Assembly: GCA_964016885.1 (NCBI GenBank) | Contig: OZ024743.1 | Coordinates: 249,364,001-249,428,000 of the forward strand | Direction of reading: 5' to 3' | Length of the DNA stretch: 64,000 nt | Source of the DNA: Eledone cirrhosa | Lineage: Eukaryota | Shown: positions 45,530-58,929 of the stretch, one piece after another | Position numbering within the stretch: position 1 is the first letter of the stretch | Layout: each line of letters opens with the position of its first letter | Notes under the pieces: model-generated | Told to the model about the DNA's origin: nothing | The model's input: the letters and a program-made list of their open reading frames with translations, nothing else | Databases searched by the model: none | Program-made: the position numbers and the translations under genes

Positions 45530-47035
45530 CTGCAAAAATATATATAACTAAATTTAATATGTACAAATAGTCCCTCAATCTGAATGTGGAAAGTGGAAAA
45601 AAAAATCTTCTTGCAATTTTAAAACTAAAACATCCTTCAAGTAATGAGAAATAATAGACAGAACTCCCCTAGCCCAAGCTGATCCAAGTCATTTGAAACA
45701 ATTTAAGACAATGCAGTAGGAGTGGAGTCTGAGAAAGCAATGGAGATATTCCCACATACAATATTCAAACTGCAAGACTGCATACTCCATGCATTTTTTC
45801 CTGTACCCTTTATATATAATATGCATATTATCTTGCATATGTGTTGCAGATGTACCATAATAATGAAAGAAAAAGTAAATATTAAGTGAACTTATAAATT
45901 TAATTCATTGAAATCAGCTGATAAAACAGATTTGATACAAGTTTTGACCAAGAGAATGGTATCATTAGGAGAAAAATATTTTTGATCTCTAGTGCTAGTG
46001 CCATGATGAAATGCACCCAATACAGCCTATAAAGTGGTTGGCATTAGGAAGGATAACAAGCTGAAGAAACCATACCAAAATGGAAAGCATGAGCGAAACT
46101 TGGTTCTTTAACCTTTCAAATTGCGACAACCCATCTAACCCATGTCAACAACACACACATATATATATATCATGCTCCCACCCTCACCATATTGACCACA
46201 TCCCTCACACCACTATATCCACACATACAAATTAGCCACACCTACCCATCCTCACAAACACCTATAACTTAATATCTATCTCCCTCCCTAAAGCTGAGAG
46301 AGCTCTCATTTGGGTCTATAATAGGTGCCATGAAAATGCACCCAATACACTCTGTATAGGTGGTTGGCAACAGGAAGGGCACATTGCATAAAAGGGTTGA
46401 GAGCATATACTGGATGTGTTTATCTACACGATAAAGACACCCAGTATATGCTGTAAAGTGGTTGTTGATAGGAAGGGCATCCAGCCATAGAAAGCTTGCC
46501 AAACAAAGGTTTGCGAGGATCTTTTAGTTATGTCAAGGATATGATACCCTCCCTAGTGGTGTTGATCTATACAATAAGAGCACCCAATACACACTGTAAA
46601 GTGGTTGGTGTTAGGATGGGTATCCAGCCATAGAAAACTTGTCAAACAAGGAGTTAGAAGGATCCTTCAGTTTGAATCAAAAGGCATGACAACTTCTCTG
46701 CACTCAATAATGACTGTATGTAAGTGGGACACAGACCTCCTCGGTCTGTCTGGGACATCAGTGGTCCTTCTCCTGTATTGATTTGTTTTATGCAGACCCA
46801 TTTAACCCTTACTAGCAGGTAAAGCAGACATTAAATGATGATTGAATAAGACCCCCATCAGTATCCTTATATGTAACACAGTCATTTCTAAACCATAGAT
46901 ATCTCTATCAGAGAGAGTTATATATACAGATACTGTAGCCCTGGAAATATAGTTCCGATATACTTTTAGATAGTGAATAGTATCCCCTTATTTGATTGTT
47001 ATCTGTAGTATGAAATATGAATGTATTCAAAACTA

Positions 47036-48228
47036 GTGTGGGAAGACCCAGGAAGACTTGGGACGAGGTAATAAAAGCAGACCCTACTCAATTGCACCTC
47101 ACAAAGGTGATGATAAAGGATCGAGATCTCTGGCATTAAGCAGTAATACAGAGGATCTGCTTTCCCATGAACATAGGCTGAAGTATATATAGTATACACC
47201 ACCTTTACCTCCACCTCACTCCATTCTTCGATACACCTCCCATGAGCACAGGCAGAAACATACATCTAGTGTGCTCTACCTTCACCCCACCCCTTTCAAC
47301 TTACCTCCCACATCCTAATACTCTTCCCCCCACATACACAAAAATACCCACCACCCTACACACCACTCCCACCCACGTTCCCAGCCCACACTGTAAAGTG
47401 GTTGTGATGGTGACATGACAAAAAGCACCCAGCCCACACTATAAAGTGGTTGTGATGGCGACACAACAAAAAGTGCCTAGCTCACACTGTAAAGTGGTCA
47501 CATAGGTGTCACAACAAAAAGCACTCAGTATTCACTGTAAATGTGGTTGATATTAGGAAGGGCATCATGCTGTAGAAACCAAACTAAAATCAGTTCTGTA
47601 TGAGCAAGACCTGGTCCCCTGACCTGGTATTTCTCACAACAAGTTAACTCATCTAATATTAGTGTGGAAAAATGGACGTTAGGGCGATCAAAATTGATGG
47701 AAGTTAAACCTGAGACGATTTGATAAATTCCGACCTTACATACTTGCACCTCTCTAAGACAATGTCACTGGACTGAGATCTTTGGCGCCACGCAGTAATA
47801 CAGAAGACCCGCCTTGCATATGTACAAAGCAAAACCTACAGTCAGTAGGCACCTCTTAACCAAATATACTGTGGTACCAACTCCTACTCCACCCTCCCTC
47901 TCCCACCAACACCACCCTTTCTCTGTAAAGGTGGTACCACAACATCCAGTCCAAATTAATGAGATAATGAGATCGAGATCGTGTAGGTGTCACAACAAAA
48001 AACACACGGTCCACGCTGTAATGTGGCCGTGTAGGTAACACGGTAAAAACCTCCCAGTCCACACTGTAAATGTGGTTGGTGTTAGGAAGGGCATCCAGTC
48101 GTAGAAAACTTGCCAGATAGTCCTATACGAGTGAGACACGGTCACCCGACCAATCTTGCCTCAAATTTTGACAACTCCCGTCTAACCCATGCTAGCATGG
48201 AAGATAGACGTTAAACGATGATGATGAT
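47036..48228 (+). mobile_element. Two tandem RTE 3' fragments (old 47036-47680, younger 47681-48228)
   Basis: GRPRKTWDEV remnant and 3' UTR, followed directly by a second ORF end/3' UTR and (GAT)n(AT)n. Confidence 0.8.
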
Positions 48229-48246
48229 ATATATATATATATATAT

Positions 48247-48426
48247 ATAGAATAGCTTTCACCGTATTTTTTGACTAAAGAAATTTTAGTCTGATAATGG
48301 GGTTTAGAACCCTCAGATAAATGGAAAAAGGTCAATACTCATCTTTTTCCATTTATCTGAGGGTTCTAAACCCCATTGTCAGACTAACATTTCTTTAGTC
48401 AAAAAATACGGTGAAAGCTATTCTAT
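48247..48426. repeat. Near-perfect hairpin (84-bp arms, 12-nt loop) in (TA)n, probably an inverted Penelope-type terminus
   Basis: Arms 48247-48330 and 48343-48426 with two mismatches. Confidence 0.8.
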
Positions 48427-48489
48427 TTTCTAATTTCAAACCTGCTCACTGTTTCAAAACATATTTACTTGTCATATATATATATATAT

Positions 48490-48932
48490 CATCATCATCA
48501 TCATCATCATCAACGTTTAACGTCCGTGTTCCACGCTTGCATGGGTTTGGACGGGGGTAGTCCCACTTGAGGCAAGAGTGATTGTCTTGCTCGCATAGGA
48601 CTGTCTGGCAGGTTTTCTACAGTTGGATGCCCTTCCTAACACCAACCACATTTACAGTGTGGGTCTGGGAGGTTTTTACCGTGTTGCCTACACGGCCACA
48701 TTACAGCGTGGACTGTGTGTTTTTTTGTCGTGACACCAACACGATCTCATTTGTTTCGGCCTGGATGGCGCGGCACCAACATAACTTTACATAGAACGGG
48801 GTGGTGTGGATGGGGTGGGGGTGGTGGCGGGACGGGGTGTATTTTGTTAGAGATGCCTACTGGCAAGGCGGGTCTTCTCTGTTACTGAGTACCGCCAAAG
48901 GTCACGGTCCAGTGACATTGTCTTGGAGAGGT
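48490..48932 (-). mobile_element. Short young RTE 3' fragment in (TA)n
   Basis: Nearly identical to the 3' end of 12172-13272, including a 28-bp deletion. Confidence 0.93.
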
Positions 48933-48958
48933 ATATATATATATATGTATATATATAT

Positions 48959-50802
48959 CATCATCATCATCGTTTAACGTCCATATTCCACGCTTGCATG
49001 GGTTTGGATGGGAGTTTTCCCACTTGAGGCAAGATTGGTTGTCTTGCTCGTATAGGACTGTCTGGCGGGTTTTCTACGGCTGTATGCCCTCCCTAACACC
49101 AACCACGTTTGTGGACTGGGAGGTTTTTACTGTGTTACCTACACGGCCACATTACAGCGTGGACTGTGTGTTTTTTTGTTGTGACACCTACACAACCTCA
49201 TTTGTTTCGGGCTGGATGTTGTGGTACCAACATAACTTTACATTGAAAGGGGTGGTGTGGATAGGGTGGGGGTAGTGGGACGGGGGGGGGGGGGGGTATT
49301 TTGTTAGAGGTGCCTACTGACTGTAGTAGATTTCACTTTGCACTTAGGTAAGGCGGGTCTTCTCTATTACTGTGTAGCGCCAAAGATCTCGGTCCAGTGA
49401 CATTGTCTTGGAGAGGTGTAAGTGTGTGAGGTCGGAATTTATCAAGTCATCCTTGGTTTTTCTGGGTCTGCCTACTCCGTGGCTACCGTCTATTTTTATT
49501 GCCCTGCACTTTTTTATACAGCTGTCGTCTTTCATGCGCATCATGTGACCATACCAACGTAGTCTTCTCTCGAGTAAACAACATCTGATCCCTCTTATTC
49601 CTAATTTCTCCCTTAGTTCGTTTATGCTTTGCCGTTCACGTATATTACTATTACCCATCCAGAGGAGCATGCATGCTTCGTTCCTCTCTAGTCTGCACAG
49701 ATCCTCTGCACACAATGCCCAGGTCTCACTGCCATGTAACATTGCTGTTCGTATGCAGGCATCATACAGCCTGCCTTTCATTTTTAGAGAGAATCCTTTA
49801 GCGGCCAATAGTGGTATAAGCTCTCTGAACTTTTTACATCCCGTTCTGACTCTAGCTACTGTACTTTCAGCTACTGCTGATTTTGTCACCCAGGTAATGG
49901 AAGGTGTCCACTATTTCTATAGAACCATCTTTGCAATGGAATGGGATAGTATTCTGTGGCAACTTGCTGCTACTTATTGCACCTGAGCACTGGCCACATA
50001 TAAAATCTATATTCTTAGTTAGCTTACCAGTGATCCCACTACATCTTTTATGCACCCATACTTTGCATTTGGGACATAAAATGGAGTTTCTGCCTACTCC
50101 TTTCCTACACACTGAGCATGGCCATTTCCCAGATGGGACCAGTGCCCTATTTTCCTTCCTACATACTAGAACTTTAGTCTTAGACAGGTTAATTTTAAGG
50201 CCTTTTGATTCTAGGCCATGCTTCCATGTTTGGAATTTCTTCTCTAGTTCAACCATTGATTCAGCTATAAGCGTTAGATCATCAGCGTATAGGAGTTCCC
50301 AAGGGCAGCCGGTCTTGAACTCCTCTGTTATAGCCTGAAGGGCAATAATAAATAGGAGGGGGCTAAGGACGGAGCCCTGATGAACATCAACTTTTACGCT
50401 AAACTCTTCACTATATTCGTTGTTAATTCTAACCTTGCTGACTGTTTCTTTAAACATGGCTTGTATAGCTCTCACAAGCCATTCATCAACACCTAGTTTT
50501 CTGAGAGCCCACCAGATAATGGGGCGTGGGACTCTGTCAAAGGCTTTCTCCAAGTCAACAAAAGCTAAGTATAGGGGTTTACTTTTAGCTAAGTATAGGG
50601 GTTTACAATGAAAAGAGCGTCTGTGGTACTTTTACCTGACACAAACCCAAACTGCATTTCATCCAGATCAATTCGCTTTCTGATTAGTTGCGCTATTACT
50701 TTTTCTGTGACCTTCATGACCTGGTCAATTAATTTAATGTCTCTATAGTTTCCCCTATCTAAGGCATCTCATTTACCCTTGTAGCATCTCCTTTACCCTT
50801 GT
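48959..50802 (-). mobile_element. 5'-truncated RTE copy (RT, PHD, 3' UTR) with frameshifts and short tandem duplications
   Basis: ORF remnants 49867-50553 and 49344-49889; duplications near 50560-50606 and 50764-50802. Confidence 0.95.
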
Positions 50803-51197
50803 AACGGATAGTACGAACTATACGCGGATATTTTACGTCTTGATGTGGTAGCTAAGTATATGTTATGTTTATACCATTACTTATTTGTATAGGTAAGTAT
50901 ATATTACCTGTATGTTTTGTGAAGGTACGTATACTTTCTCGTACGTATATTTGATTGTATATGTTATGGTGTATATATTATATATTCTGGTATATATGCT
51001 TTTAATTATGTGTATACGTGAGTTTTGCGTTTGTGTGAGTAGGCGGGTTCGTACATATGTAGGGTGTGTGTATATGTGTACTTTGTGTTTTAGTTGACGT
51101 ACGTCTCCGAACATATGTGTATTTACATGTAGGTATGTGTGTGCGCTTGTTATATACGTATTTATTTATTTATATACGTTTATTTAATTATATGTAT

Positions 51198-51235
<38 letters not shown>

Positions 51236-51468
51236 TTTTTTTATATATATATTTTTATGTGTACTTGGTGTATACATTCGTATGCGTGTGGGAACAGGCG
51301 TTGTGTGGGTTCTGTAAGTGCGTGCGTTTTTTGGGGGTTTTTTTGTGTACGTGCGTGTATTTGTATACCTATGGCGAGTGTTTTCGCGTATGCTTGTGTA
51401 TGTACGTTTATGGATGCCTGTATGTATTTATTTAATTTCAATTACCTATAGGAAGCTCTTTAAAATTA

Positions 51469-51810
51469 TGGAGGCACATGGCTTAGTGGTTAGAGCATTG
51501 GCCTTGCAATTGAAAGGTTGTGAGTTCAATTCTCAGACCGGGTGATGTGTTGTTTCCTTGAGCAAGACACTTTATTTCACATTGCTCCAGTTTACTCAGC
51601 TGTAGAAATGGGATGATAGGACTGGGGTCCATATCATTCCACTGTAAAATGGTCGTGGAGGTGCCACGGCAAAAAAGCAGCCAGCACTCACTGTAAATGA
51701 GGTTGGTGTTAGGAAGGGCATCCAGCTGTAGAAATCAAGCCAGAATCAGTTCCTGTCCCACCCTTGCAAGCAGAGAAAAGCGGATGTAAAATGATGATGA
51801 TGATGATGAT
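51469..51810 (+). mobile_element. tRNA-derived SINE family B with RTE-derived 3' tail; older copies at ~1505, 2730, 3700(-), 24780(-), 29450, 39260(-)
   Basis: A box TGGCTTAGTGG, B box GAGTTCAATTC, core ccttgagcaagacactt...ttgctccag, then ttggtgttaggaagggcatccagc...(GAT)n as in the RTE 3' UTR. Confidence 0.85.
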
Positions 51811-52820
51811 ACCTCTGTATTTTATTTACTTTATTCTTAACTCTGAAGCCGAGAATCATTCGGTTTCCTAGTTAGAATTCTTGTAAGCGTTATACCATTA
51901 TACGTGGTTTTGTCTTTGCGTGCAATTGTTCTCCCCGCTCCACATATGATGTATTTTCTTCGTTTTTTCCGTTCATTGCCAGAGAAATCTCTATGAACCA
52001 CCTAATAGAATATTAGTCTACGACCTCTTTTATACCATAAACATGGTTTTGTCTTTGCATGTAATTGTTTTTCACCGCTCCAAATAATGACGTATTATAT
52101 TCGTTTTTTCCCGTTCTTTGCCAGGGAACATTTCCACGAACCAAAGTATCATCTTCCTGTCTTCCTCCGGTTGCAACGTTTTTTGAAATATTCACTTCTG
52201 CGTTCACAGATTGACTTTGTTAGTTTCAGAAGATCCCGTTAAGGGTGAAAGCAGCGATTCTTTGCTTAAACTTTAATCTGTTATTTTAATAAATATTTTC
52301 TCTACGGTTCTTATATTTGATATATATTTATCCTTATCGAGCCCTCTTTGGATTTTAGTCTTCAAATTTATTATTATTACTATGTATATATATATATATA
52401 TATATATATTTATTAAAATAACAGATTAAAGTTTAAGCAAAGAATCGCTGCTTTCACCCTTAACGGGATCTTCTGAAACTAATAAAGTCAATCTGTAAAC
52501 GCAGAAGTGGATATTCCAAAAAACGTATATATGTATAACAAAGGAGTTGTGGTAAGGAACCAGATGGACCATAACGCACCCGAGTACTCAATACTTAGGG
52601 TAGTAGAGTGGGTAATAGGAAAATGTATGACCCCGACGGCAGAGCTCAAGCCGTTTCGCCGGCTATTTCTGGACTATATATATATATATATATGAAAGGT
52701 AGGTTGCATGTAAATTGGAGCTGACAATGTTTAATGTTCATGACAAAATCACATTACTATCATTCAAGGACCTAGACCTTGTGTCTGTATAAGATACTAA
52801 TAGTAGGAATATATACTAAC

Positions 52821-52934
52821 ATTGCTTTTGCAATTTTGAAAGGCAGCTTCTTGAGTCCATAAATCCAGAAGAACTCCAAATCTGTCTATATGCATGAGAG
52901 AATATCGTGGAATATCAAAGTTTTCAGGAATAAA
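52821..52934 (-). CDS. CCDC162: CCDC162-like exon 5
   Basis: tcccag / gttagt; FIPENFDIPRYSLMHIDRFGVLLDLWTQEAAFQNCKSN, cf. recalled VDRFAILYDLWTWEA. Confidence 0.85.
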
Positions 52935-53381
52935 CTGGGAAAAAAGAAAAAAACAATTTCTAAACTATTCATAGAAATGAAAGGCCTTGCTCAAAGATAT
53001 AACATAATACCTGGTATAGAAACCGAACCAACAATCTTTTGATTTTGAGCCTTAACAATTAAGTAACACACTTTCACATTTATAACATATTACACAAACA
53101 TCTGTTTCAGCAATACAAATGCATATTAAAGTTAAATATTACAATATGCCCTATATAATGATTGAAGTAACAACTTCTTCATTGATATGGAAATACTTCC
53201 AGTCATAACTAATTTTTTCATTATTAAGTTGGCATTTGGAACATAACAAAGGTTCCCCACATACAATTATGATGGAAGATTTTTAGATAAATTTAAACAC
53301 TTTAAAACAGTTTTGTATTGTATAAATTGACCAGTTTGAGGCTGGTTTGGTATAAAAAGGGTTAATACTTTGAATCTACTG

Positions 53382-53625
53382 ACCCAGTATTCCAGTCCCC
53401 AAAATGTTTGACTATATACTGCCAGCCTGATATTCCACTACCAACAATGTTCGACTATAAACTGTCAGCTCAATATCCCATTCACAACAGTGTTTGATAT
53501 AATCCCACCAACATGATATTCCAGTCCCAACAATAATTGACTATATCCTACCAGCCCAATATTCTGGTACTGGCGATGTTGGACTATATTCCACCAGCCC
53601 AGTATTCCAACAATGTTTGACTAGT
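53382..53625. repeat. Diverged ~43-bp tandem repeat, ~5.5 copies
   Basis: Unit approx. cccartattccagtcccaacaatgtttgactatatnctrccag. Confidence 0.7.
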
Positions 53626-53957
53626 GTTCAGAGGATTAATCTAAAAAAAGTGAAAGCAAAGACTAATATAGCATGAACTTAATGTTATTTTTGAAGGCAT
53701 ATATTTAAGCCTTTCATTACTATATTTCTTATGAAAGACATTACCTATGATTTTCAAATCATTTTAAAAATAATCAAGAATTTGGAGGGATTTATTGATA
53801 TAACTTTCTCATTGTTTATCTGGTATTTGGAATATAACAAAGGCTTTTATATAAAATTATGATGGAAAGTTTTTAGATAAATATAAAGAATTTTGTATTT
53901 TAGAAATGGGGTTGTTTTTTTTATCGAAATGGTTAATATAATAAGACATTTAGAGAC

Positions 53958-54066
53958 CTTATCATACTCAGCATTTTTATGATTATTCATATCAATATCA
54001 TTCCTGATAATTTTATCATTCTCAATGTAAAAAGAACCAAGAAGCAACAGATCTTCTTCCAGTTTC
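53958..54066 (-). CDS. CCDC162: CCDC162-like exon 4
   Basis: ttacag acceptor; KLEEDLLLLGSFYIENDKIIRNDIDMNNHKNAEYDK; weak donor gtctct chosen for phase 0. Confidence 0.75.
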
Positions 54067-54622
54067 CTGTAAGATAAAGAATATATTTTGACTTAATTTC
54101 AGTAACATTTATCATCACCATGATGTCTGTTTTTATCACGTTAGCATAGATTGGATGAGACATATTATACTGCCTGGTTTAACAGTCCACAGGTGGCTTT
54201 AACAGCATTTGCTCCATTACAAGCATTTGGTGCCTTCTACATGTCCTTAGAGAGTAGGGTGGTATGAAAGGGTTAATATAATATAATGATTTCTAGTATA
54301 GGCACAAAGCCAGTAATTTGGGGGGAGGGGAAAGTCGATTATATCGACTCCAGTACTGGTGCTTTATTTTATCGACCCCCATAAGGATGAAAGGCAAAGT
54401 TAACCTCAGTGGGATTTGAAAATATAATATAAGTGTTTCTACTTTTGGCACAAGGCCAGCAATTACCCCAGTGCATAACTGGTACTTTATTTTATCGACC
54501 CTGTAAGGATGAAAGGCAAAGTTAACCTCGGTGGGATTTGAAAATATAATATAATGTATATGCATAAACAATGATTTCTATGTTAAAAAATAATTATCAA
54601 AAAATAATGTATTTGCACATAC

Positions 54623-54760
54623 TTATAATCATTAATGGCTGCATCATAAATGATATTGAAGCCTTTTTGGTCTTTAACATAAATCCGGTCATTTTCAATA
54701 AAATAAAAGTCATCATGATTTTCAATGTCAGCATATTCAATAAAATCTGTTTCTGAAATC
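54623..54760 (-). CDS. CCDC162: CCDC162-like exon 3
   Basis: tttcag / gtatgt; ISETDFIEYADIENHDDFYFIENDRIYVKDQKGFNIIYDAAINDY, cf. recalled FLEFSEVENQDDFY...DQLGVYVMYDQAL. Confidence 0.88.
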
Positions 54761-55449
54761 CTGAAAATATATCAAAATAAAAACTTATTTCTGGTTAGAT
54801 GGGTTTGTCCCATTTAGAGGCAAGTTGGGTCAGGTGATCATGTCTCGCTCATATAGGACTATTTCTGGCTGGTTTTCTATGGCTGGTTGCCCTTCCTAAC
54901 GCCAACCATATTTACAGTGTGTGCTGGGTGCTTTTTGCCGTGTCTTTTACATGACCACTTTACAGTGTGGGCTGGGTGCTTATATATACAAAATTGTTTA
55001 CTTATACTTTTAATTTGTTGAAATAATATATATATATATATATATATAAGTATTCAGTCAACCCTGTAAGGGGTTGTGTTGGTGACACAAGAAAAAAAGC
55101 ACTCAGTCCATACTGTAAGGGGGTCGTGGTGGTGGCACATAAAAAAGAGCTCAATCGACCTTGTAAGGCAGTCATGTTGGTGACACAAGCATTTTAAAGC
55201 TATTTTTCCTATCAAAACCGGGGTTAGTCTTGCAGACCTCGTGACAGACTTTAAATTCATCATGGGAGCCTTTTTAAGAACATCAGAGTCATCATGGGTA
55301 TCAGTCTTGGTACCAACCTCGTTAGATGCTTCTTACAACATGCAAAGACACACTGTACCTATTCTAAACCATATACACACAGTATTCTACATAAACAAAC
55401 ACAGAAAATAAGTTGATTCAGAATGTTTAAAGAAATAGGTGCAACTCAC

Positions 55450-55554
55450 TTAAAATCAGCAGGTGTATCATGAAAATAACCATGGTTACCAAGTCCTCCT
55501 CCTCCACCTCCAATTCTTCCATCTCCTCCTGTTAAATTCCGATGATTTTGGACA
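55450..55554 (-). CDS. CCDC162: CCDC162-like exon 2
   Basis: tttcag / gtgagt; VQNHRNLTGGDGRIGGGGGGLGNHGYFHDTPADF. Confidence 0.82.
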
Positions 55555-56794
55555 CTGAAAATGGACACTGAAATACTAAACATCCTTGCTTTGTAGTGAA
55601 GGAAATAAATTTACGTTGATTTTCTTGATGAGGAAAACATCATTATCATCATCATCATTATCTAATGTCTGTTTTCCCTGCTCACAAGAGTTAGATGGGT
55701 GATCATAGATCAAGTCAGCATTTAATCAGAGCTCCTGATCTCTCAGATGGCCATATCTTGCTTACATGTATTTCTACACTCTGTAGAGTGTGGCAGGTGC
55801 ATTTTATTGTAGCACTAGCACTAGGGAGTTTGTAATGTCTTTGACACAGCTGTAGAGTCTTCTTGACCCTTTGTTTTGCAAATTTTCTATGGCTGGATGC
55901 CATTTTACAGAGTGTCCTGGGTGTGTTATATCATGCCACCAACACTGGAGAGGTTGTGGTGCACTTGACACAACTAAAGGGTCCTCACAACCCTTACACA
56001 TATAATCAGTTTACCTCCTAAAGTAATCAGGTGTGAGTGTGTGCATGCATGCTTGTGTGGTGTATGTATGCGTGCATCTGTGTATGTCAGCCTATCTGCT
56101 TGTGTATGTCCATGTATACATGTGTGAAAGTAAAGTAAGGTGTGTTCACATACTCAGATATAAATATGAAATTGGTGGTGAATTGGAAGAAACATTACAG
56201 TATTAACAAAATACAGTAAAAAGCATTTCATCAGATAAAATGCCTGTGCTATTTAATTATAGCTCTTTACATTCTGAGTTCAAATCATGCTGGGGACAAC
56301 CTGCTTCTCATTCTTCCAAATTTAATAAAATAAAATACCAGTCAAGTACTAAGGTCAATTTAATATTCTTCTTAAAAAGGAACTTAGATATGGATGGCAT
56401 TATAACAGGAAACCTGAGACTTAAGACATTTCATAAGAATGCAAAATTAGTCATCTATTACTCCAGCCTGGCATGGGTTGGAGAAGTTTTGAGAGGACCC
56501 TTCTGGACAAACATGTGACAACCTTTCTAGTGCCAACACTATGATAAAATACTGGGAAGCTCAATGTGTTATGATCATTAATCATACAGATCAAATAAAT
56601 CGATAGTAAATCCAGGGAGGTAAGATCCGAAAGATTGGTGAATAACCAGAATCACATTGGTTGGCACAAGGCTATAGTAGGTGCCATGCAGTGAGATAGA
56701 ACCTGAAACCACTTGGCTGTGAAGCAAACCTCTTAACTACACAGCTAGGCCTGCACTTTATCCATATATGATCAAACACTAACACAATACTTAC

Positions 56795-56892
56795 CAGTTA
56801 CTTTGCAGTTCCCCATTTTGTAAAGACAGTCCTCCATCATTGATAGTTAGAGTCCGTTGTATAGATCTCATGTAGTTAAGTATATACAAGCA
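56795..56892 (-). CDS. CCDC162: CCDC162-like exon 1 of 19 seen (upstream exons lie beyond the window end)
   Basis: ttttag / gtaagt; CLYILNYMRSIQRTLTINDGGLSLQNGELQSN, cf. recalled CLGVLNYFRSVERTLTINTSGL. Confidence 0.88.
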
Positions 56893-57244
56893 CTAAAATT
56901 CATAATAGATATGATGAGAGTTTAGAACATTCACAAAAATGTACAACCAATTATATAATATACTAGTGACCCCATGTCATCAATAATAGCATTGAAGTTA
57001 TTTGATTTTTGGAGCTCAAGTATACCATATATACCAGGAGTATATGTAAGTATTAGAGAGTGTGTGTGTATATGCATGAGTATATATCATCGTCATAATT
57101 TTTGTGTCTACATTTCCATGCTGGCATGGATTGGCTGGGATGTTTTGAGACAATATTTTACAGCCACATGCCCTTCCTGATGCCAACCTTTTCTTATAAC
57201 AAGCAAGGATATGGTGTATCTATTCTAAAAACTGGGAATATATA

Positions 57245-58440
57245 TCATCATCATTTCCGTTTAACGTCAATTTTTTCATGCTCACATGGGTTAGATGGGT
57301 CGTCCATGCCATGAGGCAAGTCTGGCTAGGGTTGGTCATGTGTTTCACCTTGCTCCGGTGAGCACTGTAAATTTGGCTGGGTTTTTTACAGCTGGACGCC
57401 CTTCCTACCACCAACCACGTTTACAGTGTGGAACTGGATGGCTCTGTTATGGGGAGGGACAGGCCAGCTGGCCATGCCAAACCCGTCTCACAACGGAACC
57501 ATGTTTTTGGAGCTCAAACCATCACACAGTGGAACCATAGTTTTGGAGCCCGGTATTGGATGGTACTGATACGAGGAGCCTAACTCATCTCAAAGCGTAG
57601 CCACAGTTTTGGCGCCCAGTACAGGGTGACACCACAATGAGGAGGGGTGGTGAGTCAGCCACGTGAAACTCATCACACAACGTTACCCCAGATTTGGGGC
57701 CCAGCACTGGATGACACCGCTATGAGGAGGGACAAGTGCAGAACCACAGTGTGGGAGCCTGGTGTTGGATGGTACCACTATGCGAAGGAACCAGTGATAA
57801 CACTATGAGGAGGGGCAGGCCAGTTGGCCGTGCCAAACACTTCTCATAGTTTCGGACCCGGGCCCTCTCCATGTGACGGACACTTCTCAATACGAAACTG
57901 GATAACCACATGTGACTCCACCACACAATGAACATTTCTCAGTGCGAAACCACCTTTTGGGGAGGCCTGACATTGTATGGCACCACTATGCAAAGAGGCC
58001 AGTTGGAACCCAGTACTGGATGGCACTGATACAAGGAGCCTAACCCATCTCACAGCGTAGCCATAGCTTCGTGGCCCAGCATCGGATGGCACCATCTTGA
58101 GGAGAGACAGGCCAGCAGCCACGTCAAACCCACCACACAGCATAACCATAGTTGAGGGACCTGACACTGGATGAAGCTGCTGTGAGGAAGGATATATGCA
58201 GGACTACGGTATGGGAGCCTGGCTCACAGTAGGAGCACACACTATCTCACTTGACCTACCGTTCAGTGTCCCTATGTTGATGGATGCCACTCTGAAGTCA
58301 CAGATGGGGAATACAGTTTTCCTGGTGGTGGGTGATATCTTTACACCAGATATTTGTGCCCAGTTTGGTGTTTGCATTGTGACCTTGTTCTTACTTATCA
58401 ATGCTATTTGCATGTGTTAGTGGTTGTTGAATTAGCAATA
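57245..58440 (-). mobile_element. RTE-related derivative: APE start joined to a repeat-rich 3' UTR and (GAT)n tail
   Basis: ORF 58204-58413 FRVASINIGTLNGRSSEIV is the APE motif I; internal repeats gcccagtactggatggcac...gagg; RTE-type terminus at 57245-57430. Confidence 0.65.
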
Positions 58441-58865
58441 GGGTTCTTTTCGAGGGTGGGGTTTATTAGGATTAGAAGATGGTTGGCTCCATGAGAGTGG
58501 AGGTATGTGTATAATGTGGTTAGGTTTATATGTGAGTCTCATTTTTTATTGGACTTTGTTACAGTCGAGAGTGAGGGAGAGCATAAAAGATGGCAGATGG
58601 GTGGGAAAAATGTCTATGATAATTGCAATGTTTATAGACTACACTTGTTATGATTAAAATATTTTAAATATGACAAAAATAATATAACAAAATAAACATA
58701 CAAAAATAATTAATTAGTATTGACAAAATAAATATATAAATATGTATATATATATATATATATATATACATAGATATATATATATATACATATGTATGTA
58801 TATATATACATAAGTATGTATATATATATACATAAGTATGTATATATATATATACATAAACAAGC

Positions 58866-58910
<45 letters not shown>

Positions 58911-58929
58911 CACACAAATATATATATAT

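Noticed and set aside
50800-51450. Possible LTR starting TGTAACGG
   Set aside because: No second copy, terminal CA/TSD or PBS found; mostly GT/TA low-complexity sequence.
53382-53625. Repeat-spacer array
   Set aside because: Divergence is spread along the whole 43-bp unit; an old minisatellite.
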